A DNA stretch of 64,000 bases, from assembly GCF_003918875.1 (NCBI RefSeq), contig NW_025765148.1, positions 434,001 to 498,000 of the forward strand. Direction: 5' to 3'. Origin of the DNA: Haliotis rubra (lineage: Eukaryota). The position numbers and the translations under genes were made by a program. The stretch's first letter is position 1. Every line of letters begins with the position of its first letter. Under the pieces are notes generated by a model, which ran no database searches, was not told the DNA's origin, and was given only the letters and a program-made list of their open reading frames with translations. Positions 26,201 through 38,430 of the stretch are shown here, in pieces.

Positions 26201-29200
26201 TCAATGTCAACCCGAAGAGGTTACATGTACAGGGCTAGATGTCAATGTCAACCGGAGAGGTTACATGTACAGGGCTAGGCGTCAATATCAACCCGGAGAG
26301 GTTACATGTACAGGGTTAGGCGTCACTGTCAACCTGGAGAGGGTACATGTACAGGGCTAGGCGTCAATGTCAACCCGAAGAGGTTACATGTACAGGGCTA
26401 GGCGTCACTGTCAACCCGAAGAGGTTACCTGTACAGGGCTAGATGTCAATGTCAACCCGGAGAGGTTACATGTACAGGGCTAGATGTCAATGTCAACCCG
26501 GAGAGGTTACATGTACAGGGCTAGATGTCAATGTCAACCCGGAGAGGTTACCTGTACAGGGCTAGGCGTCAATGTAAACCCGGAGAGGTTACATGTACAG
26601 GGCTAGATGTCAATGTCAACTCGGAGAGGTTATATGTACAGGGCTAGGCGTCAATGTCAACTCGGAGAGGTTACATGTACAGGGCTAGATGTCAATGTAA
26701 ACCCGGAGAGGTTACCTGTACAGGGCTAGATGTCAATGTCAACTCGGAGAAGTTACATGTACAGGGCTAGATGTCAATGTCAACTCGGAGAGGTTACATG
26801 TACAGGGCTAGATGTCAATGTAAACACGGAGAGGTTACATGTACAGGGCTAGATGTCAATGTCAACTCGGAGAGGTTACATGTACAGGGATAGGCGTCAA
26901 TGTCAACTTGGAGAGGTAACATGTACAGGGCTAGGCGTCAATGTAAACCCGAAGAGGGTACATGTACAGGGCTAGGCGTCAATGTAAACTCGGAGAGGTT
27001 ACATGTACAGGGTTAGGCGTCAATGTCAACCCGGAGAGGTTACATGTACAGGGCTAGGCGTCAATGTCAACTCGGAGAGGTTACATGTACAGGGCTAGGC
27101 GTCAATGTCAACTCGGAGAGGTTACATGTACAGGGCTAGATGTCAATGTAAACCCGGAGAGGTTACCTGTACACGGCTAGGCGTCAATGTCAACCCGGAG
27201 AGGTTACCTGTACAGGGCTAGGCGTCAATGTCAACCCGGAGAGGTTACATGTACAGGGCTAGGCGTCAATGTCAACTCGGAGAGGTTACATGTACAGGGC
27301 TAGATGTCAATGTAAACTCGGAGAGGTTACATGTACAGGGCTAGATGTCAATGTCAACCCGGAGAGGTTACATGTACAGGGCTAGGCGTCAATGTAAACC
27401 CGGAGAGGTTACATGTACAGGGCTAGATGTCAATGTCAACTCGGAGAGGTTACATGTACAGGGCTAGGCGTCAATGTCAACTCGGAGAGGTTACATGTAC
27501 AGGGCTAGATGTCAATGTAAACCCGGAGAGGTTACCTGTACAGGGCTAGATGTCAATGTAAACTCGGAGAGGTTACATGTACAGGGCTAGATGTCAATGT
27601 CAACTCGGAGAGGTTACATGTACAGGGCTAGGCGTCAATGTCAACTCGGAGATGTTACATGTACAGGGCTAGATGTCAATGTCAACCCGGAGAGGTTACC
27701 TGTACAGGGCTAGGCGTCAATGTAAACCCGGAGAGGTTACATGTACAGGGCTAGATGTCAATATCAACCCGGAGAGGTTACATGTACAGGGCTAGATGTC
27801 AATGTAAACCCGGAGAGGTTACATGTACAGGGCTAGGCGTCCGTGTCAACCCGGAGATGTTACCTGTACAGGGCTAGGCGTCAGTATCAACCCGGAGAGG
27901 TTACATGTACAGGGCTAGATGTCAATGTCAACCCGGAGAGGTTACATGTACAGGGCTAGATGTCAATGTCAACTCGGAGAGGTTACATGTACAGGGCTAG
28001 ATGTCAATGTCAACCCGGAGATGTTACATGTACAGGGCTAGGCGTCAATATCAACCCGGAGAGGTTACCTGTACAGGGCTAGGCGTCAATATCAACCCGG
28101 AGAGGTTACATGTACAGGGTTAGGCGTCAATGTCAACCCGGATAGGTTACATGTGCAGGGCTAGGCGTCAATATCAACCCGGAGAGGTTACATGTACAGG
28201 GCTAGGCGTCACTGTCAACCCGAAGAGGTTACCTGTACTGGGCTAGATGTCAATGTAAACCCGGAGAGGTTACCTGTACAGGGCTAGATGTCAATGTAAA
28301 CTCGGAGAGGTTACATGTACAGGGCTAGATGTCAATGTCAACTCGGAGAGGTTACATGTACAGGGCTAGGCGTCAATGTCAACTCGGAGAGGTTACATGT
28401 ACAGGGCTAGATGTCAATGTAAACCCGGAGAGGTTACATGTACAGTGCTAGGCGTCAATGTCAACCCGGAGAGGTTACATGTACAGGGCTAGGCGTCAAT
28501 GTCAACCCGGAGAGGTTACATGTACAGGGCTAGATGTCAATATCAACCCGGAGAGGTTACATGTACAGGGCTAGGCGTCAATGTCAACCCGAAGAGGTTA
28601 CATGTACAGGGCTAGGCGTCACTGTCAACCCGGAGAGGTTACCTGTACAGGGCTAGATGTCAATGTCAACCCGGAGAGGTTACATGTACAGGGCTAGATG
28701 TCAATGTCAACCCGGAGAGGTTACATGTACAGGGCTAGATGTCAATGTCAACCGGAGAGGTTACATGTACAGGGCTAGGCGTCAATATCAACCCGGAGAC
28801 GTTACATGTACAGGGCTAGGCGTCACTGTCAACCTGGAGAGGGTACATGTACAGGGCTAGGCGTCAATGTCAACCCGAAGAGGTTACATGTACAGGGCTA
28901 GGCGTCACTGTCAACCCGAAGAGGTTACCTGTACAGGGCTAGATGTCAATGTCAACCCGGAGAGGTTACATGTACAGGGCTAGATGTCAATGTAAACCCG
29001 GAGAGGTTACCTGTACAGGGCTAGGCGTCAATGTCAACCCGGAGAGGTTACATGTACAGGGCTAGGCGTCAATGTCAACCCGAAGAGGTTACATGTACAG
29101 GACTAGGCGTCACTGTCAACCTGGAGAGGGTACATGTACAGGGCTAGGCGTCAATGTCAACCCGAAGAGTTTACATGTACAGGGCTAGGCGTCACTGTCA

Positions 29201-29515
29201 ACCCGAAGAGGTTACCTGTACAGGGCTAGATGTCAATGTCAACCCGGAGAGGTTACATGTACAGGGCTAGATGTCAATGTCAACCCGAAGAGGTTACATG
29301 TACAGGGTTAGGCGTCAATGTCAACCCGGAGAGGTTACATGTACAGGGCTAGGCGTTAATATCAACCCGGAGAGGTTACATGTACAGGGCTAGGCGTCAA
29401 TGTCAACCCGGAGAGGTTACATGTACAGGGCTAGGCGTCAATGTCAACCCGGAGAGGTTACATGTACAGGACTAGGCGTCAATGTCAACCCGGAGAGGTT
29501 ACATGTACAGGGCTA
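23287..29515. repeat. 41-bp satellite array between the convergent genes A and B
   Basis: Unit gtcaatgtcaacccggagaggttacatgtacagggctag(gc/at), about 150 copies, with an internal ~2.5-kb duplication. Confidence 0.97.
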
Positions 29516-30283
29516 TGTCCATCATAAGACATTCCCTATATCAGGTTTTATCCACTTTGAATACACAAGCTCGCACTAACTTCCCCATTGGACATGTTCA
29601 GTGTCTTCGGCCGATATGTTGTTCAACGGAAACAGACGTTTTATTGTATACTTGTTTGAATGTACTCGTAACCCAATAGTGCAATTCTTCCCCTTGAGCG
29701 TCATTTGCAGTTGAATATTTTATCTTATCAGATACTATGGCAGACTATGCACCTGTCATTTCAGTAGGTGCAGTAAGAGGTGCAGTGGCGCACCAAACCC
29801 CTACACAGAGAAACACAAGCACGCACACACATACACACGCATAAATGCATGCACACACACCTTTTGCAACAGAGCAAGCATCAGTCTCGAAGGCAACGCG
29901 GTTTGACGAACGCGCCATCTACGGATGAACCCGAATCCCGAAGACCGAGGGGAACTTGAACAAACATGGAGGTTACTTCAACCCTTGGCAACCGACGGAC
30001 CAGTAGACCACTGATTTAAAAATCTTATCGCTCACCTAACTATATAATTGCTGATTTGTCTCATGTGTGCATGCAGTTGTCAGAGTCGATATGAGTACCA
30101 CAGTTAGGCAGTTGTAAACAAACACGATGTTCCTCCGAAATGATGTATATCATTCGGAAATCCAGAGAATGGAGTCATACATCACTTATGAGATATACAA
30201 AGCTGCGACTGGAAGTTGCAAATGGAAGTTCCACTGGTCGCAATTCGTCGGAGAATGTAAGAAATGCACGTAAACCTTAATAA

Positions 30284-30990
30284 CCCCCGGTACACTTGAG
30301 CAGGTATAAGCCGGAATGCTGTGGGAATGAAAATTTCTGGAGATTCCTAGAAATTCGAACTGCATCCTAAAACTTCTTACTGCATTCCGAATGCATTCCA
30401 ACTATTTGGGTCAATTCTTGTAACATGCCCGAATGTTTTGAAACATGTTCAAAACTTTGGAGGTACATTCGGAGTGGAAAAATATAGAACGGTATTTGAA
30501 GTGGATTGTAACTACATTCTAAGCACTCTTACTGCATTTTGACTGCATTGTAACTGCATTCTAAATATTCTGTACGTATTCGAGGGAGAATGGTAAAGGC
30601 AAAATTCCTATCAGAATGTTCCGAATGCGCCTCGAATGTATCTCGGTTGCAGCTGGAATTCTGGTGGAATATTCTTTAAATGTATCGGAATATTTCGATT
30701 GCAGTTGGAATACAGCTCGAATGTACCCCGAATACACCCCGAATACAGTCAGAGCGTCACGAATGCTCTTCAACTGAGCCCTGACTTCATCAGAACACCG
30801 CCAAATCGCATAATAGCGTGGTCACCTGTCACTGACACGTCAGATAACATTTGGGAGCCGCCAGTAAAACGGCATTCTTACAAAGCTTGAAAAAAAAAAA
30901 TTTGTCTCCCGAATGCGGCCCGAATTTTAGTAAAAAAAATTCTTGCTGATTCTCTTTGATTCCTGTCAATTCGCAAAAGTGCACAGGGGC
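30284..30990. mobile_element. MITE-like element (possibly PIF/Harbinger class)
   Basis: Imperfect TIRs ccccggtacacttgagc / gcaaaagtgcacagggg; interior rich in gaatg/cattc subrepeats. Confidence 0.45.
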
Positions 30991-31320
30991 CTTTTTAGCA
31001 GCGTACTTTGAACGGTTATAGATTTTGCGTAATGTAAGAATATTTGAATGTTTCACAGGTGCTCAGGGAAATTACCAATGCAAATGGTATTCCATGGGGG
31101 TCGGGTATACGAATAGTATAGCCGATATGAGCATTGCACTGTAACAGCCAGCTCACTGGGGCTGTCTTCAGACTATTGATGAAACGTCCTTTGCAACACC
31201 AAAACACCACAATGTTTCCTAAATAACTGTATCCTCGCTTCCGAAAATAGAAAACAGAGAACGTTCTATGATCTTTATTTAACAATCGTCCCACGTGGTA
31301 CCGGTTATGACAAGCGACCT

Positions 31321-31471
31321 TCACATCGCGCAGTTACCTGCAAGTATAACGTAGTTATCAAAGCTGAGAAAGTACATTATGTGCGGTTTTTCACTGTTTG
31401 TCGCACAGTTCCGACTGCAAATACGACTGCTGCTACTACTGCTCCTCCTCCTCCTCCTCCTCCTCCTCCTC

Positions 31472-31515
<44 letters not shown>

Positions 31516-34500
31516 GCTAGTAGTGTAATGTGAGATGAGATGCAATATATAGATACCCTTATGCATTATGTACACAATAATAAAATTCTAGAACATTCTA
31601 CAGTGCTCCCCAGATGGTTCTGGAATCAGCTGCTTGTAGAAGTTTTCAGATCATTCAGTCTAAATCAAGCACATGTCTAAATATAGCATACCACTGCCAC
31701 TTACTGAATCTACAGGACAATGTACAGTAGATGAAACATTGCTGCATGACGTATAACATAGGATCATGCTACTACAACTGGTACTACTGCTGCTTCTGCC
31801 ACTACTACTACCAGGGCTACTGATACTGCTGCCTCTACCACCACTACTGCTGCCTCTGCCACTACTACTACCAGGGCTTCTGATACTCCTGCCACTACCA
31901 CCACTACTGCTGCCTCTGCCACTACTACAACCAGGGCTACTGATACTCCTGCCACTACCACCACTACTGCTGCCTCTGCCACTACTACTACCAGGGCTAC
32001 TGATACTGCTACCACTACCACCACTACTGCTGCCTCTGCCACTACTACTACCAGGGCTACTGATACTGCTGCCACTACCACCACTACTGCTGCCTCTGCC
32101 ACTACTACTACCAGGGCTTCTGATCCTGCCACTACCACCACTACTGCTGCCCCTGCCACTACTCACCACCAGGGCTACTGATACTGCCACCACCACCACC
32201 ACTACTGCTGCCCTGCCACTACTACTACCAGGGCTTCTGATACCCTGCCACTACCACCACTACTGCTGCCTCCGCCACTCACTACCACCAGGGCTTCTGA
32301 TACCGCCACCACCACCACCACCACCGCTGCTTCGCCCCACCTCCACCACTGCCGCCCCTGCCACTACCACTACCAGGGCCACTGATACTGCCACCACCAC
32401 CACCACCACTGCTGCCCCTGCCACTACCACCACCAGGGCTTCTGATACCCCCGCCACCACCACCACCACCGCCGCCCTGCCACCACTACCACCAGGGCTC
32501 TGATACTGCCACCACCACCACCACCACCGCCGCCCTACCACCACCACTGCTGCCCTGCCACTACTCACCACCAGGGCCACTGATACCTGCTACCACCACC
32601 ACCACCACTGCTGCCCCTGCCACCACTACCACCAGGGCTTCTGATACCTGCTACCACCACCACCACCACTGCCGCCTCCGCCACCACCACTACCAGGGCT
32701 TCTGATACCGCCACCACCACCACCACCACCGCTGCCCTGCCAGTACCACCACCAAGGCCACTGATACCGCCACCACCACCACCACCACTGCTGCCCTGCC
32801 ACCACTTCACCACCAGGGCCACTGATACCTGCTGCCCCCACCACCACTTCCCCTGCCGCCCCTGCCACCACTTCACTTCACCAGGGCCACCGATACCGCC
32901 ACCACCACCACCACCACTGCTGCCCTGCCACCACCACCACCAGGGCTACTGGATACCGCCGCCACCACCACCACCTCTGCTGCCCCTGCCACTCACCACT
33001 ACCAGGGCTCTGATACCCCGCCACCACCACCACCACTGCCGCCCTGCCACCACTACTCACCAGGGCTTCTGATACCGCCACCACCACCACCACCACTGCT
33101 GCCCCCACCACCACCACCGCCGCCTCTGCCACCACTCACCACCAGGGCCACCGATACCGCCACCACCACCACCACCACTACCGCTGCCCCTGCCACCACT
33201 ACTACCAGGGCTTCTGATACCCCGCCACCACCACCACTACTGCCCCGCCACCACCACTACCAGGGCTTCTGATACCGCTACCACCACCACCACCACTGCC
33301 GCCCCGCCACCACCACTCACCAGGGCTTCTGATACCGCTACCACTACCACCACTACTGCTGCCCTGCCACTCACTACTACCAGGGCTACTGATACCGCTG
33401 CCACTACCACCACCTCTGCTGCCTCTGCCACTACTACTACCAGGGCTTCTGATACTCCCTGCCACCACCACCACTACTGCTGCCCCTGCCACCACTACTA
33501 CCAGGGCTACTGATACTGCTACCACCACCACCACTACTGCCGCCTCTGCCAGTACTACTACCACATACTGATACCGCTACCACCACCACCACTACTGCCG
33601 CCTCTGCCACTACCACTACCAGGGCTACTGATACCGCTGCCCTACCACCACCACTCTGCTGCCTCTGCCACTACTACTACCAGGGCTACTGATACTGCTA
33701 CCACTTCACCACCACTACTGCTGCCTCTGCCACTACTACTACCAGGGCTACTGATACTGCTACCACTACCACCACTACTGCTGCTTCTACTACCATTTCT
33801 ACAGAACTTCACTAGAACTATTCATCCAACTGCTACTCACCACTACTACTGCTGCTACTACTACCGCTACTACTACCACTACTATTACTACTACTGCGTC
33901 TCTTGCCCTCCTCCTCCCATCATTACCACTGCTACTACTACCATTACTACTCACTACTACCATTACCACTACTATTACTACTTCCACCATTACTACTACC
34001 ACTACTACTCACTACCATTACTCACTACCACTACCACTACCTACCGCTGCTGCTGCTACTGCTGCCAAGCACGCCACCAGCACCACCACCAGGGCCACTG
34101 ATACCGCTGCCCCACCACCACCTCTGCCGCCCTGCCACTACCACCACCAGGGCTTCTGATACCGCCACCACCACCACCACCACTGCTGCCCCTGCCAGCA
34201 CTCACTCACCAGGGCTACTGATACCGCTGCCACCACCACCACTCTGCCGCCTCTGCCACTACCACCACCAGGGCTTCTTGATACCCCTGCCACCACCACC
34301 ACTACCGCTGCCTCTGCCACTACTACTACCAGGGCCACTGATACTGCTACCACTACCACCACTACTGCTGCCTCTGCCAGTACTACTACCAAGGCTACTG
34401 ATACTGCTACCACTACCACCACTACTGCTGCCTCTGCCACTACTACTACCAGGGCTACTGATACTGCTACCACTACCACCACTACTGCTGCCTCTGCCAC

Positions 34501-37500
34501 TACTACTACCAGGGCTACTGATACTGCTACCACTACCACCACTACTGCTGCCTCTGCCACTACTACTACCAGGGCTACTGATACTGCTACCACTCACCAC
34601 CACTACTGCTGCCTCTGCCACTACTACTACCAGGGCTACTGATACTGCTACCACTACCACCACTACTGCTGCTTCTACTACCATTTCTACTAGAACTTCA
34701 CTAGAACTATTCATCCAACTGCTACTACCACTACTACTGCTGCTACTACTACTGCTACTACTACCACTACTATTACTACTACTGCGTCTCTTGCTCCTCC
34801 TCCTCCNNNNNNNNNNNNNNNNNNNNNNNNNNNNNNNNNNNNNNNNNNNNNNNNNNNNNNNNNNNNNNNNNNNNNNNNNNNNNNNNNNNNNNNNNNNNNN
34901 NNNNNNNNNNNNNNNNNNNNNNNNNNNNNNNNNNNNNNNNNNNNNNNNNNNNNNNNNNNNNNNNNNNNNNNNNNNNNNNNTACTACTGCTACTACTTCAA
35001 CAACTACTGTTGGTGTTGTTACGTCTACTGCTACTACACCCATTGGTTGTGGTATAAACTACTTTGAGTCCCAAGCGTTCCAGAAGATGGTTTACACGTG
35101 AATGAGTGAGTTGTTTGGGTGATGTTTTACCTGCTTCTCCCTGTGGTTGGACGAAGGCCCCCATTCCGACACACCTGAGTCCCGCCTCACACGGGCACAT
35201 GTCGATCATCTGCATCGGCCGTGTGCCGTCAAGGCCCCTGTTCTTCACCCAGCAGCCTGCAGATAACGTCACAATAGGTCAGTGATGCAACGTTCACGGA
35301 GTTCAAGATACACTTCATGAGAGTGTAAGTTTAGTTTTACGCCGCTTTTAGCAATATTCCTGCAATATCAAGGCGGGGGACGCCAGGAATGGGCTTCATG
35401 CATTGTACCCATGTTGGAAATCGAGCCCGGATCTTCGGCGTGACGAGAGAACGCTTTAACCACGAGGTTACCACCGCCCTTTTCTTAATGAGGAGAGACG
35501 ATAGTGTAGGCTTATTGCCTCCCCGACCCAACATTCCACCTACATGTACTTTGTCCCTGTGTTCTCATGGGCCGGCGCTCCCCGAGGGCCCTCATGCCAC
35601 CCCGACCCAACATTCCACCTACTTTGTCCCTGTGTTCTCAAGGGCCGGCACTCCCCGAGGGCCCTCTTGCCACCCCGACCCAACATTCCACCTACTTTGT
35701 CCCTGTGTTCTCATGGGCCGGCACTCCTCAAGGGCCCTCTTGCCACCCCGACCCAACATTCCACCTACTTTGTCCCAGTGTTCTCATGGGCCGGCCCTCC
35801 CTGGGGGCCCTCTTGCCACCCTGACCCAACATTCCACCTACTTTGTCCCTGTGTTCTCATGGGCCGGGCACTCCCTGGGGCCCTCTTGCCACCCTGACCC
35901 AACATTCAACCTACTTTGTCCCTGTGTTCTCATGGGCCGGCACTCCCCGAGGGCCCTCTTGCCACCCCGACCCAACATTCCACCTACTTTGTCCCTGTGT
36001 TCTCTAGGGCCGGCACTCCCCGAGGGCCCTCTTGCCACCCCGACCCAACATTCCACCTACTTTGTCCCTGTGTTCTCATGGGCCGGCACTCCCTGGGGGC
36101 CCTCTTGCCACCCTGACCCAACATCCCACCTACTTTGTCCCTGTGTTCTCTAGGGCCGACCGTCCCCGAGGGCCCTCTTGCCACCCCGACCCAACATTCC
36201 ACCTACTTTGTCCCTGTGTTCTCAAGGGCCGGCACTCCCCGAGGGCCCTCTTGCCACCCCGACCTAACATTCCACCTACTTTGTCCCTGTGTTCTCATGG
36301 GCCGGCACTCCCCGAGGGCCCTCTTGCCACCCCCGACCCAACATTCCACCTACTTTGTCCCTGTGTTCTCATGGGGCCGGCACTCCCCGAGGGCCCTCTT
36401 GCCACCCCGGACCCAACATTCAACCTACTTTGTCCCTGTGTTCTCATGGGCCGGCACTCCCCGAGGGCCCTCTTGCCACCCCGACCTAACATTCCACCTA
36501 CTTTGTCCCTGTGTTCTCATGGGCCGGCACTCCCTGGGGCCCTCTTGCCACCCCGACCTAACATTCCACCTACTTTGTCCCAGTGTTCTCATGGGCCGGC
36601 ACTCCCCGAGGGCCCTCTTGCCACCCCGACCCAACATTCCACCTACTTTGTCCCAGTGTTCTCATGGGCCGGCACTCCCCGAGGGCCCCTCTTGCCACCC
36701 CCCGACCCAACATTCCACCTACTTTGTCCCTGTGTTCTCATGGGCCGGCACTCCCCGAGGGCCCTCTTGCCACCCCGACCCAACATTCCACCTACTTTGT
36801 CCCTGTGTTCTCATGGGCCGGCACTCCCCGAGGGCCCTCTTGCCACCCTGACCCAACATTCCACCTACTTTGTCCCTGTGTTCTCATGGGCCGGCACTCC
36901 CCGAGGGCCCTCTTGCCACCCCGACCCAACATTCCACCTACTTTGTCCCTGTGTTCTCATGGGCCGGCACTCCCCGAGGGCCCTCTTGCCGACCCCGACC
37001 CAACATTCCACCTACTTTGTCCCTGTGTTCTCATGGGCCGGCACTCCCCGAGGGCCCTCTTGCCACCCCGACCCAACATTCCACCTACTTTGTCCCTGTG
37101 TTCTCATGGGCCGGCACTCCCCGAGGGCCCTCTTTCCAACCTGGGGCCATGTTTTGACTTGCTGGCAGCACTTGAAGGACGGACACTCGGAGGCCACACT
37201 GCAGGACGTGGTGTTCTGGCCATACACCTGGAAACAATAAACTGGATTCGAATTTGAACTAGCAACAATTTAAGAGCTGGCCAAAGCCATTTCGTAGAAC
37301 TGTATCCACGCATCATAAAGGCACCTTTTGCGATATTCTTTTAAGCGGAATTGCTTTTAGCGGAAACCATTTTGAAAGTTTTTCTGTAGCCCCTTAGTGC
37401 AAGCTAATACGGACACAATTGTGGATTGTGTACTTCTACACAAACGAAACTCGGGTGTCTTTTTGAAAACAAATAGAGAGAATACTGAAGTTGGACAGGC

Positions 37501-38138
37501 AGCCTCCAAACTGAAGTTAGAAGCAAGTGGGTGGCAGTGTAAGCAACGTTTCACTATGCTCCTCAATATTCAGTTTACCATGTTTGAATCCCACTCGATG
37601 TCTACACGTGGAAACCTGCGCTTAGCACAACTACACTGGTTTAGTACAACCAGGTGTTTCTTATTTAATGCCGTACCTATCGAAAATCATGTCATATGCT
37701 GACGGTTGGTATACAACAGAATTTTGACCAGACCACCCGCTTATTGTCATCACGAGCATAAATCTACGTATTTGGAAATTGTTGAGGACCAGCTGGTGGC
37801 CGGATCCTAATTGTACTACCCATCTGGTCGCAACAGGAATGAGAATTACACAGTCATTTAACGCCTCAGAGGATCAAATTAAGAAGGGGCGGTGGGGTAG
37901 CCTAGTGGTTAAAGCGTTGGCTCGTCACGCCGAAGACCCGGGTTCGATTCCCCACATGGGCACAATGTGTTAAGCCCATTTCTGGTGTCCCCCGCCGTGA
38001 TATTGCTGGAATATTGCTAAAAGCGGCGTAAAACCAAGTCAGTCAGTCAGTCAAATTAAGAAAAATGCTTATGAAACATACAACAAAACTTACCAGGGCA
38101 AGACAGGCGGCAGCTATGAGAAGGAGAAAGGACTTCAT
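31321..38138 (-). CDS. Gene B: secreted 10-Cys prokineticin/colipase-fold-like peptide (108 aa)
   Basis: Exons 38138-38094, 37227-37089, 35256-35131, 31337-31321; GT-AG, phases 0,1,1. Protein: MKSFLLLIAAACLAL-VYGQNTTSCSVASECPSFKCCQQVKTWPQVGKRALGECRPMRTQGQ-SCWVKNRGLDGTRPMQMIDMCPCEAGLRCVGMGAFVQPQGEA-GNCAM*. Classic signal peptide; AATAAA on the minus strand at 31279-31274. The last intron contains an N-gap. Confidence 0.85.
31427..31519. repeat. (CTC)n(CTA)n microsatellite
   Basis: Directly visible. Confidence 0.95.
31768..35036. repeat. 60-bp CTA/CCA-derived minisatellite plus trinucleotide tracts (last intron of gene B; includes N-gap)
   Basis: Unit ctactgctgcctctgccactactactaccagggctactgatactgctaccactaccacca. 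The centre is indel-rich, and the unique block agaacttcactagaactattcatccaactg occurs twice (~33803 and ~34692). Confidence 0.9.
34807..34980. other. Assembly gap (N run)
   Basis: Run of n. Confidence 1.
35320..35479 (-). mobile_element. SINE family A
   Basis: Matches the family A consensus. Confidence 0.85.
35515..37134 (-). repeat. 73-bp minisatellite made of gene B exon-2 3' end + 5' splice site + intron start
   Basis: Minus-strand unit AAGAGGGCCCTCGGGGAGTGCCGGCCCATGAGAACACAGGGACAAA|GTAGGTGGAATGTTGGGTCGGGGTGGC, about 22 copies; the first copy is the real exon end. Confidence 0.95.
37886..38052 (+). mobile_element. tRNA-derived SINE family A (full length, gene B intron 1)
   Basis: A box TAGCCTAGTGG, B box GGTTCGATTCC, GTC (Asp-like) anticodon region, tail ggaatattgctaaaagcggcgtaaaac + tetranucleotide repeat. 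Confidence 0.9.
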
Positions 38139-38323
38139 GCTGGTGTCGTTCTGTGTCGCCTATCTAGTTGTGCAGCCGCGGAACGTTGTCTGAATGTCCT
38201 GATAAGGTTGGGCGAAAATTGTGCAGGCCACAGTAGTCGACTTCTCTGTAGACACCGGTTGACCTTACTTGTGACCTCGGTAGAACGTCTGCTGCCGCCG
38301 CGGTATGGCCATTCAATATTCAG

Positions 38324-38430
38324 GGTCCCGATTCACAAATGGTTCGTAACGTTACGACCTGTTGTAACTCTAAGGTTTATCATAGGCTTATGGATGTCGT
38401 AGAGCTACGAACGCTTTGAGGATCGGGGCC
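38324..38430. mobile_element. 107-bp hairpin MITE
   Basis: ggtcccgattcacaaa...tttgaggatcggggcc with CAG target duplication. Confidence 0.7.

Noticed and set aside
26157-29679. Repeated 65-67-aa ORFs (MSTRRGYMYRAR...)
   Set aside because: Chance frames in the 41-bp satellite.
29870-30015. Possible Penelope GIY-YIG C-terminal remnant (..EDRGELEQTWRLLQPLATDG..)
   Set aside because: Similarity too weak to support without a search.
31660-35057. Long Leu/Pro-, Thr- or Gly/Ser-rich ORFs (mucin-like TTAASATTTTRATDT frame)
   Set aside because: By-products of a trinucleotide-derived 60-bp repeat in the gene B intron. Open in several frames, full of indels, with no signal peptide or linked exons; the duplicated end block and adjacent gap suggest poor assembly.
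2043-37134. Regular 41/42/43/73-bp arrays as CRISPR arrays
   Set aside because: Head-to-tail tandem units with no unique spacers, no cas genes, eukaryotic context.
35389-37257. 402-aa, 254-aa and 238-aa plus-strand ORFs
   Set aside because: Antisense read-through of the stop-poor 73-bp repeat; the real coding signal is gene B on the minus strand.
37886-37960. tRNA-Asp-like gene
   Set aside because: Head of a high-copy SINE; no complete acceptor stem, and it continues into the SINE body.
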